Shown: positions 1 to 7,058, counted from the first letter of the stretch. The stretch is 14,615 nt of DNA from Polyangiaceae bacterium (GCA_044222475.1 JBGANF010000174.1:1-14615), one strand, 5' to 3'. The notes: generated from the letters alone by a model not told the origin. Numbers and translations: made by a program.

Positions 1-74
1 CCGAGATCCCCGTTGAGCGGCCACGCCGCGCGGGGCCGCGCCACGTCGCCGACGACTTCCTCCATCGCGCGCAT
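1..74 (-). CDS. Possible 5' end of a gene running off the left edge (MRAMEEVVGDVARPRAAWPLNGDL...)
   Basis: ATG at 74 on the minus strand with an in-frame TGA just upstream; frame open to the edge; nearly all third codon positions G/C; divergent from the next gene. Too short to assign a function. Confidence 0.4.
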   Translation of the reverse strand, partial: MRAMEEVVGDVARPRAAWPLNGDL

Positions 75-120
75 GTCCAGAACGTTTCACGAGCCCTCGG
101 CGCCGCCAAGGGGGAACGGC

Positions 121-126
121 TATCCT
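121..126 (+). promoter_or_regulatory. Putative -10 hexamer TATCCT (leaderless-type)
   Basis: TANNNT 6 nt upstream of GTG 133. Confidence 0.5.
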
Positions 127-132
127 CGCGCG

Positions 133-480
133 GTGGAGGACTTCCAGCTCAGCGCCGCGCTCGGGGCGTTCATCTTCGCGGTGGCGATCGTCGCGCTCGT
201 GACCGCCGTGCGCCGGGCAGCGACCCTGTGCGTGGTCGAGGTGCGCAACGGGGTCGTGTCGGTGAAGCGGGGACAGCTCGCGCCGCGCATCGTGGCCGAC
301 CTGGGCGACATCGCTCGACGTCCCAAAGTGGTACAAGGCCGCATCGAGATCCGCCGCGAGGGCAAGCTCGCGGTCGTTCACGTGAAGGGGCCGTTCTCGG
401 ACGCGCAGCGTCAGCAGATTCGCAACGTGGTGGGCTCGGTCCCGCTGGCGCGTCTCCGAAGCGGCGGCCGCCCTCGGTGA
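133..480 (+). CDS. DUF3634-like small membrane-anchored protein (115 aa)
   Basis: Start moved from 13 to GTG 133. N-terminal hydrophobic helix (AALGAFIFAVAIVALVTAV), then VVEVRNG..V..G and C-terminal F-S-x3-R-Q-Q-I-R-N, the pattern I recall for DUF3634. Confidence 0.7.
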   Translation: MEDFQLSAALGAFIFAVAIVALVTAVRRAATLCVVEVRNGVVSVKRGQLAPRIVADLGDIARRPKVVQGRIEIRREGKLAVVHVKGPFSDAQRQQIRNVVGSVPLARLRSGGRPR

Positions 481-482
481 CG

Positions 483-488
483 TACACT
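483..488 (+). promoter_or_regulatory. Putative -10 hexamer TACACT (leaderless-type)
   Basis: TANNNT 7 nt upstream of ATG 496; no SD in the 15-nt gap. Confidence 0.55.
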
Positions 489-495
489 CAGCCGC

Positions 496-1407
496 ATGCC
501 CGACTTCAAGACGCTACGCATCGGTCACGATCCGGCCAACCCTCGCATCGGTCGCTTGTTGCTCAACCGCCCCGAGCGATTGAACGCCATCAACGACGAC
601 ACCCCGCGCGAGCTCCGCGCGGCGATCGAGTGGGCGACCGACGATCCGCAGATTCACGTCATCGTGCTCGAAGGCGCCGGCAAGGGCTTCTGCGGCGGTT
701 ACGACCTCGCCGCGACGGCGGCGTCGAACATCGAGCACCCGTGTCAGCAAGAGGCTCAGCCGTGGGACCCGATGGTCGACTACGCAGCGATGAAGCGGAA
801 CACCGAGGACTTCATGTCGCTGTGGCGGTGCCCGAAGCCGACGATCGCGAAGGTGCACGGCGCGGCGGTCGCGGGCGGTAGCGACATCGCGCTCTGCTGC
901 GACCTGCTCGTCATGGCCGACGACGCGCGCATCGGATACATGCCGACCCGCGTGTGGGGCTGCCCGACGACCGCGATGTGGACGTACCGCCTCGGGCCGA
1001 TGCGCGCGAAGCAGCTCATGTTCACCGGCGACACGCTGACCGGCCGCGAGGCTCGCGATCTCGGATTGGCAACTACGGCCGTGCCGCTCGCCGAGCTCGA
1101 AGCCGAGACGATGAAGCTCGCCAACCGCATCGCCGGCGTCCCGCGCGGACACCTCGCGATGCACAAGATGATCGTCAATCAGGTCATGCTCCACATGGGG
1201 CTCGAGCAGACGCAGATGATGGCCACCGTGTTCGACGGCATCACGCGCCACAACCCCGAAGGCCTCTGGTTCCGCCGCTTCGCGCAGGAGAACGGGTTCA
1301 AGGCTGCCGTGCAGTGGCGCGACAGCGGCAAGCCCATCCCCGAAGGGGACGAGGCGCGCGCGCTGATCCGCGACATCGACTCGCGCCGCGGCGCCGGGAT
1401 GCCCTAG
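496..1407 (+). CDS. Crotonase/enoyl-CoA hydratase family protein, resembling the mycobacterial EchA4-type subfamily
   Basis: [66 protein letters not shown] are all crotonase-fold motifs. Confidence 0.92.
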   Translation: MPDFKTLRIGHDPANPRIGRLLLNRPERLNAINDDTPRELRAAIEWATDDPQIHVIVLEGAGKGFCGGYDLAATAASNIEHPCQQEAQPWDPMVDYAAMKRNTEDFMSLWRCPKPTIAKVHGAAVAGGSDIALCCDLLVMADDARIGYMPTRVWGCPTTAMWTYRLGPMRAKQLMFTGDTLTGREARDLGLATTAVPLAELEAETMKLANRIAGVPRGHLAMHKMIVNQVMLHMGLEQTQMMATVFDGITRHNPEGLWFRRFAQENGFKAAVQWRDSGKPIPEGDEARALIRDIDSRRGAGMP

Positions 1408-1410
1408 GCT
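1405..1410 (+). promoter_or_regulatory. Putative -10 hexamer TAGGCT overlapping the crotonase stop codon
   Basis: TANNNT 7 nt upstream of ATG 1418. Confidence 0.45.
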
Positions 1411-1417
1411 CGCGGTC

Positions 1418-2002
1418 ATGGCACGCACCTCCTCGTGGGTCACCCTCGCCGCGCTCGTCGCTGCCTGCACTCCGCACGAACCCGGAGCGACGGCGGACAC
1501 GACACCGACCGCGACCGCAACCGCAACCGCGACCGCGACCGCGAGTACGGCCGCGACGGCGGACGCGGTCGACGCCTCGCGGCCCGCGCCCGACGCGTTC
1601 CAACTCTGCTTCCAGAAGATGGGGACGGACTGCGGGAGCCTCGCGCCGAAGACCGTCGCGTGCCCGAAGACGATCGAGGGCACGAAGACCGGCGCCTGCG
1701 GCTGGGCCGGCGTCACCGCACCGGCGACGTGCAACTACGGCACGACGCGCTGCGAGTGCGCCCGCTCCACGTACTGCGGCGGTCCTCCGCCCCCGCCTTC
1801 GATTCAGTTCGGCATGTCGTGGGCCTGCCGCGCGCCGCTCGGCCCCAACGACTGCCCCCGCGACAGCGCGGAGGCGAAGACCGCGACGTGCTCGGTGGCC
1901 GGGAAGAAATGCTCGATCGACGAGTGCGCCTCGCGCTCGGACTGCACGTGTACCAGCGGCGCGTGGAAGTGCACGGTCACGATGCTACCGCCCCGCCCGT
2001 AG
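1418..2002 (+). CDS. Cys-rich lipoprotein with Thr/Ala linker and two Cys modules
   Basis: Signal peptide with lipobox LVAA-C; (TA)n linker; 16 Cys in the mature part, including two CP..C..C..C-x-C..W-x-C modules. Confidence 0.8.
   Translation: MARTSSWVTLAALVAACTPHEPGATADTTPTATATATATATASTAATADAVDASRPAPDAFQLCFQKMGTDCGSLAPKTVACPKTIEGTKTGACGWAGVTAPATCNYGTTRCECARSTYCGGPPPPPSIQFGMSWACRAPLGPNDCPRDSAEAKTATCSVAGKKCSIDECASRSDCTCTSGAWKCTVTMLPPRP
1508..1543 (+). repeat. Coding hexanucleotide repeat (ACCGCR)x6 encoding (TA)n
   Basis: accgcg accgca accgca accgcg accgcg accgcg read directly. Confidence 0.8.
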
Positions 2003-2552
2003 GTCCGGTCGGTCCGGTGACGACGAGGAACTTCCTCCAGTAGAGAACCGCGGCCAGCACTCCCATCGCCGCCGTCGCGTAGACGAAGACGTCGAGGTAG
2101 GGCATTCCGAGCAACGCCGCGCTCACGGTACCAAATTGGAGCGCCGTCGCGAGCTTGCCGGGGACGTTCGCCGCTGGCTGCTCCGCCCGCGCGCGACGCG
2201 CTCGATGGCTCAGCGCGAGCCACGCTACGAGCGGGAGCTCGCCGAGCTCGCGCGTGCCGAGCAACACGAGCGACCACCACGCGAGCTTCGCGCGCACGAG
2301 CAGCGTGACGACCACCGTCGCGACGAAGACCTTGTCGGTGATGGGATCGACCACCGCCCCGGTCGCCGTCACCTGCCCGTAACGCCGCGCGTACCAACCA
2401 TCGACGACGTCGGTGACGCCCGACGCGACCAGGATCGCGAACGCTGCCGGTGCGGTGGGCGCCAACGGGAACGCGACCGCGAGCGGGATCCTCGCGAGGC
2501 TCAGGAGCCCCGGCACCCGCAGGAGATCACGCGCCTGGTATCGACCCGGCAT
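1977..2552 (-). CDS. CDP-alcohol phosphatidyltransferase family protein (PgsA/cardiolipin synthase-like)
   Basis: Signature D-x2-DG-x2-AR-x8-G-x3-D-x3-D (DVVDGWYARRYGQVTATGAVVDPITDK); N-terminal P-x-LLSLAR; later RE and GK-x-AT-x-LQ; several TM helices. Confidence 0.93.
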   Translation of the reverse strand: MPGRYQARDLLRVPGLLSLARIPLAVAFPLAPTAPAAFAILVASGVTDVVDGWYARRYGQVTATGAVVDPITDKVFVATVVVTLLVRAKLAWWSLVLLGTRELGELPLVAWLALSHRARRARAEQPAANVPGKLATALQFGTVSAALLGMPYLDVFVYATAAMGVLAAVLYWRKFLVVTGPTGPTGGAVAS

Positions 2553-2558
2553 GAGCCG

Positions 2559-2564
2559 AATGTA
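2559..2564 (-). promoter_or_regulatory. Putative -10 hexamer TACATT (leaderless-type)
   Basis: TANNNT 6 nt upstream of ATG 2552 (minus). Confidence 0.5.
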
Positions 2565-2570
2565 AGCACG

Positions 2571-2966
2571 CTACGGGCCAGCAGCAGCATCACCGCCGGG
2601 GCCGCCGTCTTTCGTGCAGAGTGCACCTTTGTACATCCACGGCGTGGTCGGCCAACCGCACACCCAGACGGTCGTCCCGCAGCCGCAATACGCCGTGGCG
2701 ACGACGCATTCGGGCGTCGGTGTCCCGCAGTAGCCCGTCGCCGAGTGACAACCCGGCGCGTCGAACAGGCACTCTTGGCCCGTCGGACACGGAGCGTAGC
2801 GTCCGCCGTACCCGCAATCGATGCGCGTCCCGCGCGCAGGCGGCGGCGGATACACGACCGCAGCATCCATCGGTGACGTGCGACCGCGACCGGTCCCGCA
2901 GGCGAGGGTCGCGAGAACGACGAGCGCGAGGGCGACACCGGCGGAGGCTACTTCGCGGGCGAGCAT
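2571..2966 (-). CDS. Small Cys-rich lipoprotein, possibly with a Kazal-like domain
   Basis: Hydrophobic signal with lipobox TLA-C; 10 mature Cys including C-x6-C-G-C-G-x-T..C..G-x2-C. Confidence 0.7.
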   Translation of the reverse strand: MLAREVASAGVALALVVLATLACGTGRGRTSPMDAAVVYPPPPARGTRIDCGYGGRYAPCPTGQECLFDAPGCHSATGYCGTPTPECVVATAYCGCGTTVWVCGWPTTPWMYKGALCTKDGGPGGDAAAGP

Positions 2967-2972
2967 TCGGTC

Positions 2973-2978
2973 ACGCTA
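2973..2978 (-). promoter_or_regulatory. Putative -10 hexamer TAGCGT (leaderless-type)
   Basis: TANNNT 6 nt upstream of ATG 2966 (minus). Confidence 0.45.
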
Positions 2979-3128
2979 TCGCCATTTCGGCCCCACGCGC
3001 AGGCGAATGGCGAGCGCTGCAGGGTGATTCGTGCCATGTTGGGCCCGTCGCGCGCACGTGCCAGCTGCGGCCCCATGACGGGTCAACGCGCTGGGGGAGC
3101 GACCACATTCCGAAGCGCAGGGCGGCGA

Positions 3129-3144
3129 TTGGCGCCGTCTTCGC
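3129..3144 (+). promoter_or_regulatory. Possible sigma54 -24/-12 promoter TTGGCGCCGTCTTCGC
   Basis: GG(3131-32)-N10-GC(3143-44) about 40 nt before ATG 3184; partial match to YTGGCACG-N4-TTGC; SD GGAGGA at 3175-3180. Confidence 0.4.
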
Positions 3145-3183
3145 CTCTGTTCACGTCGGTGCGCACATGCGCGCGGAGGATTC

Positions 3184-3438
3184 ATGCACCAAGCGAAAGT
3201 CCGAGAGTTGATCGCGAACCTGGAGGGAAACGTCGCCCGTATCGAAAAGCTCGCCAGCGGCGACGCGAACACGGCGGCCTCGGCCGACCTCCGCACGGCG
3301 TGGGCGGCGCTCGTCGAGCACCTCGCCGTGGGACCGGCGCCGGCGGTGCGCAAGTGTCCGTCATGCAAGCGCGAGATCATGCGCGACGCCACCCGATGCA
3401 TTCACTGTTGGGCGATGAGCGCCCCACCGACGGCCTGA
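3184..3438 (+). CDS. Small protein with N-terminal helical hairpin and C-terminal C4 zinc ribbon
   Basis: SD GGAGGA upstream; CPSC-x10-CIHC; stop overlaps the next start (TGATG). Confidence 0.75.
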   Translation: MHQAKVRELIANLEGNVARIEKLASGDANTAASADLRTAWAALVEHLAVGPAPAVRKCPSCKREIMRDATRCIHCWAMSAPPTA

Positions 3439-3899
3439 TGGTCGCCCAGACCTCGAACGAAGCGGCGTGTCAGCTGCTCGACGAGATCATCGTTGCCTGC
3501 TTCGACGAACGAGCGGTTCATCGCGCCGCGGCCGACGTGACGGACTCGCACGACGTGCGCGCTCACCTGCGGTACTCCGCGGAGCGTCGGGCCGACTTCG
3601 CGAAGGAGCTCGGCGTCGTCGTGCGCGCGTTCGGCGGGGCGCCGAGCGGGAGCGGCTCGACCGGCGAGTGGCTCCGCGCGACGATGCTGAGTCTTCGCGG
3701 GCGCGTCTTCGGCAAGAACCCGACCGCCGCCGTCGATGCGTGCGCTCGAGTCGACGCTCGAGTCGACGAGCTCTACGCGAACGCGATGAAGTCGGGCCTC
3801 CCCGACCGCGCGCGCGCGGCGATCGTCCGCCATCAAGCGGAGCTCGTGGCCGACCGCGCGGCGTTTCGCCAGCTTCGCGCCGGCGCGATCCGCGCGTAA
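3438..3899 (+). CDS. PA2169/DUF2383-like ferritin-like four-helix-bundle protein (153 aa)
   Basis: Start moved from 3024 to ATG 3438 (TGATG coupling). L-x2-II-x2-C-x-D..AA, ERR-x2-FA-x-EL..V-x2-FGG-x-P..GS-x2-G and LY-x2-AM..LP fit the family layout. Confidence 0.75.
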   Translation: MVAQTSNEAACQLLDEIIVACFDERAVHRAAADVTDSHDVRAHLRYSAERRADFAKELGVVVRAFGGAPSGSGSTGEWLRATMLSLRGRVFGKNPTAAVDACARVDARVDELYANAMKSGLPDRARAAIVRHQAELVADRAAFRQLRAGAIRA

Positions 3900-3902
3900 G
3901 CT
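3897..3902 (+). promoter_or_regulatory. Putative -10 hexamer TAAGCT overlapping the upstream stop codon
   Basis: TANNNT 7 nt upstream of GTG 3910; no SD. Confidence 0.45.
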
Positions 3903-3909
3903 CCCGTCC

Positions 3910-5253
3910 GTGATCCGCGCTCCGCTCCCGCCGGTGGCTCCGCGACTTCCCTTCCTGGGCAACGCGCTCGCGTTCCTCGAGGATCCCCTGCGCTTCCTCC
4001 GCGAGACGCGGCAGCACGACGGCGACGTCGTCGACGTGGCGCTCGGCCCGATGAAGGTCACGCTCGTCAGCCACCCCGACCTCGTCGAGGACATCCTCGT
4101 CACGCGCAGTCGCCTGTTCCAGAAGGATCGCTTTCTCAAGACGACGCTCCGTCCGGTGCTCGGCGACGGCCTGCTCTCGTCCGAAGGCGATTTCTGGCGC
4201 CGCCAGCGCCGGCTCGCACAACCGGCGTTTCATCGCGACCGCGTGCGAGCCTACGCCGACATCATGGTCGCGCACACCACGCGCCTCGCCGAGCGCTGGC
4301 GCGAAGGCGGCACGCGCGACGTCCACAAGGACATGATGCACCTCACCCTCGAGATCGTCGCCGAGGCGCTGTTCGGCGCGAACGTCGGCGATCACGCGGA
4401 GGCGGTGAGCGAATCGCTCGAGGCGATCCTCGCGGTCGTGTCGGACTCGATCACGCTCTTTTTCCCGTTTCTCAAGGAGCTGCCGCTGCCACGCAAGCGT
4501 CGCTACCAAGACGCGATCGCGACGCTCGACAAGATCATCTTCGGAATGATCGAGCGGCGCCGCGCCGACGGCGCCACCGGAGACGATCTGCTGTCAATGC
4601 TCCTGCACGCGCAAGACGAAGACGGCACGCGGATGAGCGACCAGCAGCTCCGCGACGAGTGCATGACGCTGTTCTTGGCCGGTCACGAGACGACGGCGCT
4701 CAACCTGTCGTGGACGTGGCTCCTCCTCTCGCAACATCGCGACGTGGCCGACCGCTTGGGCCGCGAGCTCGACGCCGTCCTCGGGGATCGTGCGCCGACC
4801 TTCGCCGACGTCCCGCGGCTCGAGTACACGTCGCGAGTCATCGCCGAGTCGCTTCGCATGTATCCACCTGCGTGGTCGATGGGGCGAGAAGCGCGCGAGG
4901 ATCTCGAGCTCGGTGGCTATCGCATCGAGCGCGGCGGTCAGGTCTGGTTCTGCCCGTGGTCGATCCAACGAGACGCGCGCTGGTTCGACACGCCGGACGC
5001 GTTTCGTCCCGAGCGGTGGGCGGGGGACTTCGCGAAGAGCCTGCACCGCTACGCGTACTTTCCGTTCGGCGGAGGCTCGCGCATCTGCATCGGGCAAGCG
5101 TTCGCCAACATGGAGGCGGCGCTGATCCTCGCGACGCTCGCGCGAGAGTTTCGGGTCGAGGTGACGTCCCCCGGTGAGGTGATCGCGGATCCTTCGGTGA
5201 CGCTGAGGCCGAAGGGTGGTCTGACGGCGCGGGTGCTTCCCCGTCTCACCTAG
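3910..5253 (+). CDS. Cytochrome P450
   Basis: W-x3-R (FWRRQRRLAQPAF), I-helix AGHETT, K-helix ESLR, PERW, heme motif FPFGGGSRICIG. Confidence 0.97.
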   Translation: MIRAPLPPVAPRLPFLGNALAFLEDPLRFLRETRQHDGDVVDVALGPMKVTLVSHPDLVEDILVTRSRLFQKDRFLKTTLRPVLGDGLLSSEGDFWRRQRRLAQPAFHRDRVRAYADIMVAHTTRLAERWREGGTRDVHKDMMHLTLEIVAEALFGANVGDHAEAVSESLEAILAVVSDSITLFFPFLKELPLPRKRRYQDAIATLDKIIFGMIERRRADGATGDDLLSMLLHAQDEDGTRMSDQQLRDECMTLFLAGHETTALNLSWTWLLLSQHRDVADRLGRELDAVLGDRAPTFADVPRLEYTSRVIAESLRMYPPAWSMGREAREDLELGGYRIERGGQVWFCPWSIQRDARWFDTPDAFRPERWAGDFAKSLHRYAYFPFGGGSRICIGQAFANMEAALILATLAREFRVEVTSPGEVIADPSVTLRPKGGLTARVLPRLT

Positions 5254-5259
5254 CGTTGG

Positions 5260-5784
5260 TCACTTCCCTCCGAAGTCCGTCGTCCACCACGCGGTTCCGT
5301 TCTTGTCGACCACTCGCGCGATGCCGATGGCGTGAAAGCTGCCGAGCAGCATGTTCTTGTCGTGCGGCGGCGAAGCCTTCCATCCGGCGAAGACCTCCGC
5401 GCCGGTGTCGTATCCGAAAGCGACGTTCTCTCCGATGATCGTGTTGATCGTGTAGTACTTGCGAATCCGCTTGTCCCACGGCGTGCCGTCGCTGCTGTCG
5501 TGCGCGAGCACCCCGTGCGCCGCCATGTCCTTCGAGTGGGCGATCGACGCGCGTGTGAGAGCCGGAGAGAGGCGCAGCTTCGCGAGGCCGTGGCTCGCGC
5601 GGTACTGGTTGATCTTGGTGAAGAACGCCTGCTCCTGCGCGTCGAGGGTGACGGTCGTCAGCTCGGCTTCGTCGGCCGCGACGTCGCTCGTGTCGACGTC
5701 TTCGGTCGGTGCCCCGCTGCACGCGGCGGCGAAGGCGAGAGTGGGAAGGAGAGCGACGAAGAGGAGGGTTCGGGCGAGTCGCAT
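5260..5784 (-). CDS. CAP/SCP-domain lipoprotein (174 aa)
   Basis: Start moved to ATG 5784 (MRLARTLL); lipobox FAAA-C; INQYR, A-x2-HS-x-DM, GENVAFG, W-x2-S-x2-H-x2-NML, IGIA, WTTDFG. Confidence 0.92.
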   Translation of the reverse strand: MRLARTLLFVALLPTLAFAAACSGAPTEDVDTSDVAADEAELTTVTLDAQEQAFFTKINQYRASHGLAKLRLSPALTRASIAHSKDMAAHGVLAHDSSDGTPWDKRIRKYYTINTIIGENVAFGYDTGAEVFAGWKASPPHDKNMLLGSFHAIGIARVVDKNGTAWWTTDFGGK

Positions 5785-5796
5785 GGGGAGGGCTAC

Positions 5797-5813
5797 AGCA
5801 ACCCACATGCCAG
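5797..5813 (-). promoter_or_regulatory. Sigma54 (RpoN) -24/-12 promoter CTGGCATGTGGGTTGCT for the CAP gene
   Basis: One mismatch to YTGGCACG-N4-TTGCW, exact GG-N10-GC spacing, in intergenic DNA just upstream of ATG 5784. Confidence 0.75.
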
Positions 5814-5884
5814 CCAAATTTCACGCACTTGGCTCCGAAAACCGGATCGCGAACGATCAACTCCGCGGGCAGCCGGGGGGGTGC

Positions 5885-5982
5885 CCGTCCCAGAATTGTT
5901 AGCCGGCGAGCGACTCTGGAGAGGGAGGTGCCACCGTCCCGGAATGGTTAGCCGGCAAGCGGCTCTGGAGAGTGAGGTACCG
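5885..5982. repeat. Imperfect 49-bp tandem duplication (2 copies, 42/49 identical)
   Basis: 5885-5933 ccgtcccagaattgttagccggcgagcgactctggagagggaggtgcca vs 5934-5982 ccgtcccggaatggttagccggcaagcggctctggagagtgaggtaccg, aligned by hand. Confidence 0.85.
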
Positions 5983-7050
5983 CGTCTCCGGGTTTTCCCG
6001 GCGCCAGATCACGTTGTCCATGAAGTAGTGGTGGATGTTCACGAACGCGTAGAGCGCGGCGAACCACGGCGTGGGACCCATGTCGGTGAACGCCGATTTC
6101 TTCGGCGTCAGCATGTCGTCGAGGGCGGTCGGGCCGAGGTGGAACAGGAGCACACCGAGGCCGACGGCCGACACGGCGAGGATCCCCAGTCGCGTCTTCG
6201 CCGACGACTCGAACCAGGGCGCGCCCTCGCGCTCGACCGCTTCGTTCCTCCTCATCATCCACACGACGTAGAGGTACTGCACGGAGTGGAGCGCCGGCAC
6301 GACGTAGACGACGAGCGGATCGACGTTCGAGTAGATCGACCACGCCCAGATGCTGCACAGCAAGCCCGTCAACGGCGTCAGGATCGGCAGCCGACCCTCG
6401 CGACGCCACTTGCGAGCGAGCACGAACACGAGCGGCACGATCGTCGCGAGGAACACGACGAAGGTGATCCGCTCGAGGCCGTGCGGGTGGGCGATCGTGC
6501 GGTAGACGACGCCCTTCTCCTCGACCTCGCGACCGGGATCGTACGGGCTCGCCCACGCGTACGCCCAGCCGGTGAAACAGTGGGCGAGGATCGCGATGCG
6601 CTCCGTCGGCGTGTAGCGCACCCCGCGCCGCGCGGAGAAGACGACCATCACGCCGAAGCCCTGCTTCACGTAGTGCCAGCCGACGGTGAAGAACATGACC
6701 TGGATGAGCAACCCCAGCGCGTGGGGCGACCGCGCGTGAATCGCAGCGATCCCCCACGTCAGGAGCACGAGCGGGACGACGATCCCGGCGAAGAGCCATC
6801 GCCACCGGAGCCCGCGCGGAAACGCGTCGCCGAGGGCACGCCGCCGCGCGTCCTTGTAGAAGAGGAGGTACGTGACGGCGAAGTGGGGGTCGTTGATGAC
6901 GTACGCCGCGTAGAAGAAGGTGAACCCGACCGCGAGCTGGGCATCTTCGAGCCCGAGGCTGCGACGGAGCAGCCACGACAACGGAAAGAGCAGCGGCGTG
7001 ATGCCACCGACGAGGAGGAGCTCGGTCGCGCGCTGGCGGAGGTTCTGCAC
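5899..7050 (-). CDS. Polytopic membrane protein with four His motifs, function unknown (383 aa)
   Basis: Start moved from 7275 to GTG 7050, which removes the overlap with the divergent gene. Many hydrophobic helices; motifs NDPHFAVTY, GWHYVKQGFG, ALHSVQYL, NIHHYFMDNVIW. Confidence 0.8.
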   Translation of the reverse strand: MQNLRQRATELLLVGGITPLLFPLSWLLRRSLGLEDAQLAVGFTFFYAAYVINDPHFAVTYLLFYKDARRRALGDAFPRGLRWRWLFAGIVVPLVLLTWGIAAIHARSPHALGLLIQVMFFTVGWHYVKQGFGVMVVFSARRGVRYTPTERIAILAHCFTGWAYAWASPYDPGREVEEKGVVYRTIAHPHGLERITFVVFLATIVPLVFVLARKWRREGRLPILTPLTGLLCSIWAWSIYSNVDPLVVYVVPALHSVQYLYVVWMMRRNEAVEREGAPWFESSAKTRLGILAVSAVGLGVLLFHLGPTALDDMLTPKKSAFTDMGPTPWFAALYAFVNIHHYFMDNVIWRRENPETRYLTLQSRLPANHSGTVAPPSPESLAG

Positions 7051-7058
7051 GCGCGGCG

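Noticed and set aside
3019..3064. Minus-strand TGGCACG motifs as sigma54 promoters for the 2966 gene
   Set aside because: Neither has GC exactly 10 nt after GG.
3024..3437. N-terminal extension of the 291-aa ORF 3024..3899
   Set aside because: Overlaps the better-supported zinc-ribbon gene; family-like sequence starts only at ATG 3438.
2571..5253. Cys-rich small proteins plus P450 as a RiPP cluster
   Set aside because: The Cys-rich proteins have lipoprotein signals or a zinc ribbon, no short precursor ORF fits the 10-bp gap before the P450, and there is no protease or exporter.
5866..5887. Hairpin CGGGCA-N10-TGCCCG as terminator of the membrane gene
   Set aside because: Only a 6-bp stem with a large loop and no U-tract on either strand.
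5885..5982. 49-bp repeat as a mini CRISPR array
   Set aside because: Copies abut with no spacer, only two degenerate units, no cas genes.
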